Counted from the first letter of the stretch, positions 1-13,029 are shown. The stretch: 62,398 nt of DNA from Octopus bimaculoides (GCF_001194135.2 NC_068981.1:107697811-107760208), one strand, 5' to 3'. Program-made: numbers and translations. The notes: a model not told the origin generated them from the sequence alone.

Positions 1-40
<40 letters not shown>

Positions 41-2064
41 GCACATACTTAATACATACATATAGACACACACGTACACACACACACACGTACACACACA
101 CACATATATATATATATATACATATATGAATATATAGGTACAGGACGTCACCAACCGTGTAAACAACAAGAAACAAACGAGTTAAATACGCAAACAACGA
201 GAGAAAAAAAAATGGAAATCAGGACAAGTAACACAACTTGCTTGACATGTACTTGCAAACAATTCTGTTGACTACTCTTAAATGTTTGACAACCAGCATT
301 GTAATATATTTCAACATGGAAAGATGAAAGAATGCAAAAAACTCGCAACTAGCTAGTAGAAGAGCCAATGGTAAAAAGTAAAGTATATGAATAAATAAAT
401 AGATAACATAAAGTGAATGTAAAAAAATCCTTTGATGAAAATAATATTCTGGTAACCGTTTTTCGTGTAATGCCAGATCACACACATTGGAGCATATGAA
501 CTTGAGATTGTCATGCATGGAAGAAAAAAGTAACGAACGAATACTTCCTCTATGTCTGGGTAGCGGTGTCTAGCTAGATTTCTTATACATCCCACGGGAA
601 TAATTTCTCTAGATCTTCTAAATCTTCTGGTGTCAATGGCATTGAAAATATTTTAGTCATTTGAGGACACTTGATTTCCACAGGGCACTTTCGGTAATTA
701 TTTTCTTCATATAGTGAAGCTGAGAAGGCGTTATTGTTGTTGTTGTTGCTTAGCTCCAGATCAACGAAACCATGATCATTCTATGTTTTATTCAGTATTG
801 CATTATCCCGTCTTTTATTCAGGATTGCATTATCTCTCTTGTTCCTTTTCAGGATGATGGTAGGTTGTAAGTTGAGCATTTTTAGCTACAGTTTCTAGTG
901 GGTCGAGCTATCATGCATGAACTCCCTCATTGCTTGCTACTGCTGGTACTGCTGCTACTATTGTGTTTCTTTTAATCTGGATTACCGATCCTCCATGCTT
1001 TTATCTTTTTCGCTTATTCAGAAGAGGAAAAGCAGCACACATGTTCTTTTCAGGTCTCCGACTCCTTTCCCTCGCGCCCCACGAGACTATTGAAACAAAG
1101 AGAGGAAGGTTTTACAAATTTTATTAACAAATTTTACTTTTTTTAATAAATAAGATGAATTTTTTTTTTTTATTTAGCAACGTATTTTTACAGGAAGAAA
1201 AGAGGAAGAGATCAGGCCTGAATATTTGCAAAAAGAAAAAAAAAGGTCCGCTCATACCACCCAGGTTGTGTTTAGAGCAAGCTGTCATAAAATGACAGCT
1301 TTAAGTAGACATCAGGTTCCTCCGTACTTGAACTTATGGGTGGTAAACCTAATTCTTTGTCCGGTTTAATACCACCATCTGGTCCTTGGGTGGTTTTAAC
1401 GGAGGTCACTGTTGCTACCATTCAGAACAGGAGACTGGTGTGAGAATATCTTCCTTCCACCCTTTCTCTAGCCAGACTCAGCGGCCTTACAATAAATAAA
1501 TGAATAAATAAATAAAAGATAGCCAGGGTGCTGCTTTCTCTCCTGGCTAAATGATACAAGAGGAAAAAGAATGGACTATCAGATTTTGGGACGTGCGACT
1601 GATAAGCGTAAATTCCCTATGCCGGGTGGGAGCTCCTGCACTTTATAAGGCGCAGTCACCAATATGCTACGATTGTATGCTATCGCAACTGAAGAGAACT
1701 TAGCAAAACGTTCCTTCAAAGAGTTATTCGAAGAAACTGGCGAAACATCAAAATTAGTCAAATTCAGAGTCTGAATTCAGAGTCACNNNNNNNNNNAAAA
1801 AAAAAAAAAAAACATTGTTGTGCTTGATATTGATATGACATTGCCGTTAGTCGTTGTTGACACTGCTGCAGCTGTTGATGTCATTAATTAGGGCAACAAA
1901 CTTTTACTTGTCTGCGACAATCATGCACGTTACTTCGAGGTGTTCTCTTTTCTCTCACTCACTTCAGTCGCTTCCAAAGAGCTTATTTATCACGACTGAT
2001 ATTTGAAAGTCGTATTCATTTCAGATATCGCCCAAAATCTGAAATTAACATTTAGCTTCTAATG

Positions 2065-2148
<84 letters not shown>
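2065..2148. repeat. (TAA)n microsatellite abutting the 3' end of the Penelope-like element
   Basis: Pure AAT array read directly from the sequence. Confidence 0.95.
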
Positions 2149-3161
2149 GTCAAGATGAAGAGCGCGATTCGATTGTAAGATATTTTATTGGTTGAACNNN
2201 NNNNNNNNNNNNNNNNNNNNNNNNNNNNNNNNNNNNNNNNNNNNNNNNNNNNNNNNNNNNNNNNNNNNNNNNNNNNNNNNNNNNNNNNNNNNNNNNNNNN
2301 NNNNNNNNNNNNNNNNNNNNNNNNNNNNNNNNNNNNNNNNNNNNNNNNNNNNNNNNNNNNNNNNNNNNNNNNNNNNNNNNNNNNNNNNNNNNNNNNNNNN
2401 NNNNNNNNNNNNNNNNNNNNNNNNNNNNNNNNNNNNNNNNNNNNNNNNNNNNNNNNNNNNNNNAAGCAGATTCAGAATATTTTCTGAGAATATGCACTTT
2501 CAAATCTTTTTCAAAATTACAGCCGCTTGAAACGAAATGTTCAGTAAGTTCTGTCGAACTACTGTTATTGTACCTGACGTCGAATCTGTGCCCATTAAAC
2601 CTTTTGTTTAATTGTTCTGTTGTACAACCAACATAAATTAAGTTATGTTTCGTGCATTCTGCAGCGTACACCAAATGGGAATCTTTACATGTTCCACCTT
2701 CTTTATAAATCATAACATCTCTGTTATGATTTCTGATGGAATTCACTTCACTCATGTTGTTGCACAATGAATAGGGCTTTCTTGCGGCTGTTCTTTAAGG
2801 TACAGCGTGCAGACACTCCAATATTCGTTTTCTTGGAGTCAGCTTTAGAGTTCAATAATTCTCTTATATTCTTATTCCGTTTAAAGGCTACAATAGGCGG
2901 CTGAGGAAATATCTGTTTGAAACGAGGATATTTTTTCGCCACAGGCTGGTAACTTTCATGCAACACTTTTGAAATGCCAGCGAAAAGTCGGTATCAGCTA
3001 ATCACTAAAGGAATTCTGTCATCTATTGTATTGTGTTTGCTAAAATTATGCATGAAGGTTTGACTATCTTTGCTAATATCTTAGCTATTTCATTTGCTAT
3101 TTCCTTTAATGGCGATTCGCTGTAACCGCGTTTGACGTAATGATACAATGATATATAAAAG
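2149..3161 (-). mobile_element. Penelope-like retroelement, 5'-truncated (RT C-terminal linker plus GIY-YIG endonuclease), frameshifted
   Basis: Minus-strand translations give KRGYSE, RIPLV, PIVAFKRNKNIRELL and CKDSHLVYAAECTKHNLIYVGCTTEQLNKRFNGH, the Cys-rich linker and GIY-YIG core of Penelope-like elements. An AATAAA lies on the minus strand about 40 nt before the (TTA)n tract. Contains gap 2198-2463. Confidence 0.9.
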
Positions 3162-3669
3162 ATTAGCAGAGATAGTCAAACGATCACGCATAATTTTAGC
3201 AAACACAATACAATAGATAACAGAATTCCTTTAGTGATTAGCTGATACCGACGTTTCGCTGGCATTTCAAAAGTGTTGCATGAAAGTTACCAGCATGTAG
3301 CAAAAAAATATCCTCGATTCAAACAAATATTTCCTCAGTCACCTATTGTAGCCTTTAAACGGAATAAGAATATAAGAGAATTATTGAACTCTAAAGCTGA
3401 CTCCAAGAAAACGAACATTGGAGTGTCTGCACGCTGTACCTTAAAGAACAGCCGCAAGAGAAGTAAGCCCTATTCATTGTGCAACAACATGAGTGAAGTG
3501 AATTCCATCAGAAATCATAACAGAGATGTTATGATTTATAAAGAAGGTGGAACATGTAAAGATTCCCATTTGGTGTACGCTGCAGAATGCACGAAACACA
3601 ACGTAATTATGTTGCTTGTACAACAGAACAATTAAACAAAAGGTTTAATGGGCACAGATTCGACGTCAG
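3162..3669 (+). mobile_element. Inverted duplicate arm of the same Penelope-like element
   Basis: Reverse complement of about 2574-3078 (about 18 substitutions and 2 indels by manual count). ORF 3273-3635 encodes the same linker and GIY-YIG start. Runs into gap 3670-4558. Confidence 0.88.
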
Positions 3670-4558
3670 NNNNNNNNNNNNNNNNNNNNNNNNNNNNNNN
3701 NNNNNNNNNNNNNNNNNNNNNNNNNNNNNNNNNNNNNNNNNNNNNNNNNNNNNNNNNNNNNNNNNNNNNNNNNNNNNNNNNNNNNNNNNNNNNNNNNNNN
3801 NNNNNNNNNNNNNNNNNNNNNNNNNNNNNNNNNNNNNNNNNNNNNNNNNNNNNNNNNNNNNNNNNNNNNNNNNNNNNNNNNNNNNNNNNNNNNNNNNNNN
3901 NNNNNNNNNNNNNNNNNNNNNNNNNNNNNNNNNNNNNNNNNNNNNNNNNNNNNNNNNNNNNNNNNNNNNNNNNNNNNNNNNNNNNNNNNNNNNNNNNNNN
4001 NNNNNNNNNNNNNNNNNNNNNNNNNNNNNNNNNNNNNNNNNNNNNNNNNNNNNNNNNNNNNNNNNNNNNNNNNNNNNNNNNNNNNNNNNNNNNNNNNNNN
4101 NNNNNNNNNNNNNNNNNNNNNNNNNNNNNNNNNNNNNNNNNNNNNNNNNNNNNNNNNNNNNNNNNNNNNNNNNNNNNNNNNNNNNNNNNNNNNNNNNNNN
4201 NNNNNNNNNNNNNNNNNNNNNNNNNNNNNNNNNNNNNNNNNNNNNNNNNNNNNNNNNNNNNNNNNNNNNNNNNNNNNNNNNNNNNNNNNNNNNNNNNNNN
4301 NNNNNNNNNNNNNNNNNNNNNNNNNNNNNNNNNNNNNNNNNNNNNNNNNNNNNNNNNNNNNNNNNNNNNNNNNNNNNNNNNNNNNNNNNNNNNNNNNNNN
4401 NNNNNNNNNNNNNNNNNNNNNNNNNNNNNNNNNNNNNNNNNNNNNNNNNNNNNNNNNNNNNNNNNNNNNNNNNNNNNNNNNNNNNNNNNNNNNNNNNNNN
4501 NNNNNNNNNNNNNNNNNNNNNNNNNNNNNNNNNNNNNNNNNNNNNNNNNNNNNNNNNG

Positions 4559-4660
4559 CATCACAGCAAACCACAGCACATACCCAAGGCACACAGAGCT
4601 GCGCTCGGTAGTGAAGTGAAAGCACGTTATAAAAATAAAACTACTGAACAATAATAATAA
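4559..4660 (+). mobile_element. 3' end of a TAA-tailed non-LTR retroelement (family uncertain)
   Basis: Short unique segment ending in aataataataat, immediately upstream of an R4/Dong fragment. Confidence 0.4.
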
Positions 4661-4661
4661 T

Positions 4662-5082
4662 ATAGTGTTGAGAAAGAAAGCAAATGATGCTGGATCATAG
4701 ATATTGCTTACCCAGCTGACAACAAAGTATGCTATAAGGAAGAAAGTAAAGTCGAAAGATATAACAGGTTAGATTGGGAGGTTAAGCAGTTGTAGTGAAA
4801 AATGTGGTAGTAGTACCAATAATTGTCAGAGCCCTGGAAACAGTGAGTAAAAATCTTGTGAAGTACATGGAACAAATAGGGGCTGCAATAAGTGTGAAGC
4901 ACTTGCAGAAAACAGCACTGGTTGGAACCGCTCGAATGCTCTGGATGGTACTCGAAAAATAAGGGGTGTTACCTTAATTCACTGGAAGTGAACAGCTAGA
5001 TCCGTAGTACATCTCCAGTGTTAGAAACTGTGCAAAGACAACAACAACAACAACTAATAATAATAATAATAATGATAATGAC
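4662..5082 (+). mobile_element. R4/Dong-clade LINE 3' end (restriction-like endonuclease C-terminus, 3' UTR, (CAA/TAA)n tail)
   Basis: Translates with breaks to WIIDIAYPADNKVCYKEESKVERY...VVVVPIIVRALETV...LQKTALVGTARML, the typical R4/Dong REL C-terminus. Repeat tail at 5038-5082. Confidence 0.8.
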
Positions 5083-5084
5083 TA

Positions 5085-5730
5085 AGGCGATGAATATAGC
5101 TGTCATGGAATATTATTTTTCGGGAAGACCCGTTGATGATGAAGAGAACCCCATAAGATGATATAGAAAGAGAATGCATGACATCTGGATGAAGATACAG
5201 GGCTTAGATACTACGGAACAGATACTGTGACCAGGAAAGGATAATAAGGAAGAACGGATGGTTAACACCATTAAAACTTGATGAGATTAAGAAAGAGAGT
5301 GACGATTGAAAAAACACAGTGAGTGAAGATGAAGTGACTACAGAATATGTTGACGAGGTTATATTGAATGAAGGTGTTCAGAAGAATGGTGTTGGTTTAC
5401 GTTCTGAGAATGTAGAAGGACTGAGCGATGAGAACAGAGGTAGACATCACTGATATCAAAGATATCACTGATATCACTGAGAAAAGTCTGGATGTGGAAG
5501 TAAATAGATTCAGGAAGGAGACATAATTTTGTTCAGAGGACAGACTTAAAAGGTGAGTAGAGTGCTGAAAGAAATTAAAACAGATAATATAACTGGAACG
5601 ATTAGAATGATTAAAGCTTGTATCGTCTAAATAGGAAGAAATGTAGATTTTGAATCAAACCGTAAACGAGGAAATGTAGCAAAAGAACCATAGTGGAAAA
5701 GAAAGCTAAAGCAATCAATGAACGAAACTT
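5085..5730 (+). mobile_element. R4/Dong-clade LINE ORF N-terminal fragment, decayed
   Basis: Broken frames resemble the R4/Dong N-terminus: VMEYYF, YRKRMHDIW, TTEQ, NGWL, KEP*WKRKL. Confidence 0.6.
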
Positions 5731-6249
5731 ATATAGCGGTTATCCCGTAAAAACATAGAGGCTAACATAACGTGGGACAATCTTACAAACGACTATGTAG
5801 AAAGTATCATGATAAAATTATCATTGACACTTAAAAACCTATAAGATTATAGACCTATATATTAACTCATCTAAAGTACCATTTGACCTATTTACTTTTA
5901 CTTTATGATGATTAAAAACTATCAAAGTACAATTAACTGGATAAGGAAGTAAGAAAGAAATGAAAATAGAAATATCTATGTTGGTGGGGCATTGTCAAGT
6001 TTAATACCCCTTTCATTCCATAGACGATGACGGAGCTTGCCAAATGGCCGGTTTAGTCTCACTCTTTGGCTCTTGGCCGACTTTTGCGGGATTCACACTC
6101 TTGAAGCAATGATACCATGCTTGCAGCAGGGGTTATCGGGATCTTTCGGTGATATCACCCGCTACACTTTTCATAATGTTTTAGAAAAAGAAAAAAGAAA
6201 AAAAAAACAAGAAAAAGCAAAAAGAAAAAAATCTCTAAATCTGTTATAC

Positions 6250-7518
6250 ATTTTTACCCACTCTTTTCAAATACCAGTGAATATTTGAGAAGAGTAGGGA
6301 GAAATGATCCAGTTTAGATCCACACATCATTTCCTACTGACAGATAAACCACACATCATTTTCCTCTGAGATACAAATCTCTCAACACTATCAATAACCC
6401 ATGTCTGCTGTCCAGGCTACATTTTGTGCTGAAACTTTACTCTGAAAGACGGGCTTTGGGTATTTATAGATTCAACTCTTCTCAACATTTAAAACACTCC
6501 ATTGATTATCAGCAAAAACGGACTTCTAGTCATACTGGCTAAACATATCCATTCCCAATCTACTAAATACGTCTGTTTTCTTTACCGCTATCCGAACTTC
6601 AACAATCAACAACTTTTCTGTCATATATGATTGGTGATTTCACTGTTCATATCGCGGTTCTCGCATTCATCTCCACTCCGATTCTGCTGTTACAGAAACC
6701 CAGTCTTTCACAATCTTTAAGTACTTGCAACATTAGTTTCATTCTCTACACGTAAACATCTCTGGCTGACATCACACAGAACTAAACAGTTTTGATATCT
6801 TTCGAGCCACCAAACTAACATCTACTAAACAATAATTATCTCAGGACCTGTCATATCGTATGACCACTCTTATCTCAAGTACCCACATACTAAACATTCC
6901 AGAACTTATGTTACTTCAAGTCAGCTGATTAGTTGGAACTCTACCGGTTCTGTGCATATGCTTCCATGCTGACATATTACAAATAAAGTGGCTCCTTCGT
7001 TGACTGAAACCGTTTAGGTTTCGAAATCCCAAACCCCTTAAGTGGTTCATTCATAGCTGTGCTGCAATAGTTCAAAGAATATGTCCCACAACGCTAATGG
7101 GGAAAAAAAAAAAGCAAAATAAATTCCATTTCAAACAAACTGGATTACTTTTACCAACCACCAAAATACTTGCAATGATTATCATTCGAAACGCAGAGGA
7201 TGTATCTGGGAAACGAGTAGGATGTATTTGCCTTCAAAACTGCAACAGATCTTTTTGGTTCCTTGTCAAACGGATTTCTACCAAACTTTTTATATCCTCC
7301 TTCCACCATTTCTCAACCACGTTGGCTTTTGTGAGAGCAGCCACCTTTGCTGACCGTTTTGTGTTCAACTCAGCGCTGTATTCACTAGGTAAATCTCTTT
7401 CAATTCACCAGGTTTATCAACACATGCATTAAAGCCACATACGAAAGTAGCTCCAGCTGCTTAAACCTTCCTTTATGATGAAATTTGTGCCTCAGAATTA
7501 GCATCTACAAAATCTTCA

Positions 7519-7597
<79 letters not shown>

Positions 7598-7608
7598 CTA
7601 TCTCTATC

Positions 7609-7639
<31 letters not shown>

Positions 7640-8770
7640 TTATCTCATTCGTTCTACCCACTAAATGATCTGACATGTAGAAATATACTACGCAATCCCA
7701 TTTCCAACCATGACAACCTCCTCTGAGCTTGCTAATGTCCGTCCTACTGCTTATACTTCCAACATCTCAAATGAGATGGGGACAGTCATTAACAACCAGT
7801 TACCTCGATACCATAAGTCTCCTCACTTTCTTAATTACTATCAATACAACTACCATAGAGCCAAATATATTAGAGACCTGCTTTCGATGTCACTTACCAG
7901 TGAGTGACATCAAGTGCAGCAATGTTATTTTAATGAAAATAACGTTGCTGCGCTTGACATCAGTAACGCATTCGATTACGTCAAATATGCTAATCTTCTA
8001 GATAATATCCTTGCCTATGGGCTCTCGTCTCTTTTATCGGAGACTTTCTGTCAAAGATCTTTTGCCCTCATCTCCAACAAAGTCTAATCATATGTAACTG
8101 ATACCACCCTTAACTCTCGCCTAACTTTCTACACCCAAGCACAATCGATATGGTGCGTAGATCCCTCACACCAAACTTGCACTGATATGAATAGAAATCA
8201 TGTAAGCATGATCCCATAAGTCATGTTACCTTCGACAACACATTGACTCGGTCACTATATATACAAATAAAACAATATTGTAACACGATAATAACATATA
8301 CGTTGCTAGAAATGCTGAAGCCCCATAACGTCAATGCTGATGCCCATGGTGATTTCACATCCTCGTCATAGTAAATTATTTTTTAGAAAGACTGGTCTTC
8401 ATCTTCAGAGTCATGAAATACTTCAGCTTTCAACAACTATTCACACATTACATATCTGAAGTGAGAATAATAGAATATTGATCTTACATCTGAGATGGTT
8501 CTGTAAATACACATACGGTTATCTAAAAAAGGCTACCCAACTGATTTGTATGAATTAACTCGTCGACACACTCTAATTTCTGGCTCACGTGCTGTCTCTT
8601 CATTCTGACATTTTAGTGATATTACAGTAGCCTCTGCTTTTCAGAGCAGGTTGGTATCGTCTTATCCCCAATCATACCCTTTGACTCATTCCTTCTTTGG
8701 TCGTTCTCTAGATACTTCATCATTTCCCTTCTGCCACAACGTCATCCCCACCCCCGGAATTACTCCTGAC
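6250..8770 (+). mobile_element. Highly decayed CR1-group LINE (APE endonuclease plus RT remnants), interrupted by a microsatellite
   Basis: GDFTVH and DHS-like APE motifs (6.6-6.9 kb), RSFWFLVK linker (7.25 kb), and RT-start-like NVRPTAYTSNISNEMGTVINNQL and ALDISNAFD (7.7-8.0 kb). Confidence 0.6.
7522..7645. repeat. Compound (CT)n/(CTAT)n microsatellite
   Basis: Direct reading. Confidence 0.95.
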
Positions 8771-8864
8771 TCATGGTTTTTCTTGTAGCCGTCAATCTGT
8801 AGCTGGTCAAAAGCAATATGGATTTCTGGCCTTGAGCCACCATAAAACAGAATCAACAATAGAC

Positions 8865-9235
8865 GCAGATCTGGTTGTGTGGGAAGAAGTTTGTCTTTTA
8901 ACCACATAGTTCTGGGTTCAGTCCCACTGTGTGGCACCTTGGGCAGATGTCTTCTACTATTGCCTCAGAACAACCAAAGCCTTGTGAGTGGATTTGGTAG
9001 GCAGAAGCTGAAAGAAGCCCGTCGTATATATGTGTGTGTGTGTGTGTGTGTGTTTGTCCTCCACCACCGCTTGTCAACCGGTGCTGGTGTGTTTACGCTC
9101 CCATAACTTAGCAGTTCGCCTAAGTTATCGACGTAATAAAAAAGGAAACCCTGGGGTCGATTTGTACGATTAATTACCTTCAAGGCGATGCCCCAGCATG
9201 GCCGCAGTCAAATGACTGAAACAAGTAAAAAAGAA
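8865..9235 (+). mobile_element. tRNA-derived SINE with internal (GT)n and the common ...gactgaaacaagtaaaa tail
   Basis: Degenerate B-box (ggttcagtccc). Body and tail homologous to copies at 27.8, 30.5, 55.5 and 58.3 kb in this window. Confidence 0.8.
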
Positions 9236-11226
9236 ATTGCATTGAACATTAGAAAAAAAAATGAAAGCGCTGAGCAAAATGCAATTTTAGTATATAATTC
9301 TATTTTATATGTTAGAAGCTATATTATGCCTTTCAAGTAATATGTATGTAACCTATTTCTAAATAATCAATTAAATTATGAATCTATTCCTCAAACTTGA
9401 TGTGCTAAATTCAAATATCACCATAGTTTTACGATCACCTGGAATCAATAAGATAAACAAATGACTGAATCGATTGTCCTCCTCTAAATACGACTGGAGA
9501 TTTAGCCACGATGTCGATGAAAAGTGAAATTAATAGTGATGTTTTGAGAAGCGGGTAGTAGCTAAAATTATAGTTTGATTATATGATAGTCTACTATTTA
9601 GTTTCGTTACTACTCAGTGCCAAGCTACTTTTTAACTGGATTTGAAAATGTATGAGTAACAATACTGCAGAAGATTTAGCTGTCTCGACTTTGAGCAATT
9701 AGTCTTGTACAAAAATCAAAAGATTAGTATCAGAAGAATTATATTGTATTAAGAATGATACAGATAAACAAAGTATTGGACATCATATACACATAACCAA
9801 TTTGCATATCGCTATTTTTTGCATTACAACTTTTAATGCTTTATAAAGGAATTTAACATCGTTCAAAAACAGCATTAGATAATACAAATACTCAAAAATA
9901 ATCCATTCAAGAGATAACGAAATATTGATCTCCGTTTCCTTTTTTTACTAGACATACGGACTGTTTTAATAACTCTATTGTAGAATTTTATTTGTGTTTA
10001 TTTTATTGACTTCGGAAGAACGAAAGGCTAAATTATTTCTTGTGAAATTTGAATACAAGAAAAATCGTTTCACCTTTGGCAGTAGCTGTGTAGGCAGTCA
10101 GCACTAGACTAAATACAAAAATATGAGAAAATGAAGCATATTATACCGATATGTCCGTTTAGTTTAAAGTTTATTCAGGAATATCAGGTCACTTTGCTCT
10201 AATGCTGGTAAATCAGCATGAATCAAACTGAATACATTACAGTTCAGTCAAAAATCTGAATAAGTCCACAATCGATTCTTGCAACGACGAAAGAGGGTTA
10301 AAATATTTAGTCTTTCTAGTTATCTGTGGGACTGTCACTTTTTGAGTAGCAAAGGGCAAAAACTCAGATTTTCCGCCAAATAAATTCTTAAAAGATCTAC
10401 GTCTTGATGTTATCAAACAGTCTGTTACTTTCGGAGATAGTTGGATAATGGAGGTCGTCACTGTCTTCAGTATAGGTAAGAGGAAGGTCTATTTCAAGTC
10501 TTCTTCATTCCACTTGATATATTTTAGTATTTAATCTAAATTTGGATTCATGTCACCGTGATCGATCTCAAAACTACTGTCTATACTATCATCGGTGCAA
10601 GTGTTAGGCAAGGACATTACATAATGTTATCTGTTTAGATGTAATGGACAGTTACTGACAATATAGTTTTCGTATCACCCGGTCAGTCTGGAATATTCTT
10701 TCTTAGTATTATCTGAATTTCTTAAATTCTTCATCTGTTACATGGCTATCATCATCACTCAACTCACATATTTCTGAAATAGTCATTTTCTCATTTTTCG
10801 TACAATTATCACGGGCGCGGAGGCTGAATAGTTTGTTATTCTGAATAATACGAATACTTTTTTACTCATAAACCTAAACTTTACCGTGCCATCACCATCC
10901 CTGCAGCCACCGGATCGTCTGATCATGATCCAATTAAGGCAACAAACCTAACGTCTCCCTATTCCACACATTTATTGCCTCTCAAACTTGAACCACTGTT
11001 TGAAGCTCCTCCAGATTTTTGCTAATAGATCTTGCTGATATGGGAGTGTAGAAAATTCATGGCGCTGACTGTATCCGCGTTGACTCTAATAAAAAGATTC
11101 TCATTTAAGCGAATTTTTCGAATGATTATTTTCTAAAATATCCGCTCGAACGGGATACATGAATACGGCTCTTCTTTCGGAGATAAGGTCTCACTAACGG
11201 CCACATCATTTTTATTGCGTGCGAAA

Positions 11227-11351
11227 ATGGAAGAGTATGAAGTGCTAACAAAAGAAATTCATTTAGAAAATTTTATGGGTTTACCTAATGAATCAAACTA
11301 CAGGCAGCTATTTTCTTTCAATACACTTGTGTTGATGGGAATCTGTTTTAG
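11227..11351 (+). CDS. Candidate coding exon (MEEYEV...GLPNESN...GICF), possibly a degenerate USP Cys-box
   Basis: ATG in aaaATGg context, 41 open codons (frame open from 11137), strong donor AG|GTGAGT at 11351/11352. The GLPNxxN similarity is weak. Confidence 0.3.
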
Positions 11352-12087
11352 GTGAGTAGTAAACAACTCGAAAGTCATTTAACTTCACTTAACTAATGCT
11401 CTGAAAAACAAAGAAGGCATTAACGTTATAGCATCTCAATTGCTCTCTCCTCATTGAGATTTTTTTCTAGTAAAACAGTTTTGTTTAAACATTTCATAAC
11501 GTAAAATAAAATAAATTCGAATGCATTTTATTCGCTTAACAGGTCTTGAAAATGAAAATAATAAGTACCCGAAGAATGTTTTCATTTAAGTAACTATATA
11601 TAAGATAAGGCTGTTATGCCTAGACACTACGAAAGATACTGTTTATTGTAATATCGAATAGAAATATATTCACTACTGTATTAAGATGTTAACTTGGAAT
11701 TAAAGTTCTTGACAGCTTATTCATTTATGCTATTATTTAATACAACAGTATTTCCATGATGAATAATTCTAGAAATAATTTGAAACTGTTAAACACTGAG
11801 AAATGGGTGGGTTCAAAATTTAATATAATTTCTAGGAAATATTAACATCGATATATTTGGACACATGGGAAATATTTGTAGTGAAATAGTTAAGTTGATT
11901 TAAATCGATCCCAAAAGAATACAAATAGTCAATCTATTAGCATCTAGGTGATAAACTGCAAAGTCAACCATCATGCGATTTTAACTCTGCATTGTTAAAT
12001 TAATGTAACTTTTCTCTGTCGGTGGAATTTCTAAGAGAGTTTTATCAAATACAAAATAAAGATCTAATTTTAATCATTATGTTTAAG

Positions 12088-12446
12088 CGTTTCCAAGAGT
12101 ATTGGTAGTGCATGTGAAATGGTTTAGCTTCAATCGTGAAACTAAATTGCTACGAAAGAATTGCATCATCGAAAGTTTACCTCGAACTTGCACATTTAAT
12201 TTTAACGTAAGCACAAAACGATACTTTTTGGTGTGGGGCGTATTGTCAGCTATCGCCCCTAGTTCATATTCTTTTTCAATTCCATCTTCAGAAGGCTGGA
12301 AGACGAACTTGCAACTCATCGAAAATAAAACACAAAATGTAAAAGGAAATAATACTGCAGGTCATTTTGCCCGAGAGCTCTACCGATTCTGTGATGCTCA
12401 CCCATTTTTTCATACGCATATCACTTATGACCATATATCGAATTAG
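12088..12446 (+). pseudogene. Ubiquitin-specific protease (peptidase C19)-like C-terminal remnant
   Basis: Open frame FPRVLVVHVKWFSFNRETKLLRK resembles the USP LPxVLxxHLKRF box. It is followed by YFLVWGVLSAIAPSS and KGNNTAGHF (His-box-like). Possible acceptor at 12087. Recognised by eye only. Confidence 0.35.
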
Positions 12447-13029
12447 CACCGACACGAATTAATAACTTGAACTACATATATATTTGACCATTAATTACAA
12501 GTGGATACATACTTATTCATGTTTTCTTTCTACTATGGAGACTTAAGAATCACTTGACAAGGAAAAGTGTTTTAAGAAGAAGCAATAAATATTTTAAAAG
12601 AAAGCTTGTTAAATATACTGTAATATATATAAGTACTAGATATTAACTTTGGTAAAGAAACAGGTGCAACTGAAGAAGAAAAAAAACATGGGAGAGTTCT
12701 TTCATATCACAAGCGTTAAAAAGATGTCTAATTAAGGAAAAGTTAAAATAGCAATGTAACTCAATGATAGCAAATGCTTGTTACATTATAAACGCGCGCG
12801 CAGGGGTACAAGCACTAATGCATATGCATCATCATTATTATCATCATTACAAATGCCATCAATTAACGGAGTGTTGGGTTACTGTAACATCAGACCAGTA
12901 TTTACCAGTCATTTTAGTTTAGATCGTTCTTGAGAGTTATCAAAGTCCGATCATTCCTCCATTCTTATCTTTCAATTCTTTTTTCCCCTCCATGACAAAT
13001 TTCTTTGTCAAGTGCACATTCGTTTCGCT

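Noticed and set aside
1520-1790. Possible LINE endonuclease N-terminus (IRFGTC...)
   Set aside because: Similarity too weak and fragmented to call.
2895-2935. CTGAGGA...GAAAC hammerhead-like string
   Set aside because: Antisense of Penelope coding sequence, with no convincing stems.
12181-12295. Minus-strand AG/GT-bounded exon (PSEDGIEKEY...) as exon 2 of the 15.3-kb ORF
   Set aside because: Phase-compatible, but the next strong acceptor (about 11404) has stops in all frames and the opposite strand has a better motif match. Kept only as an alternative.
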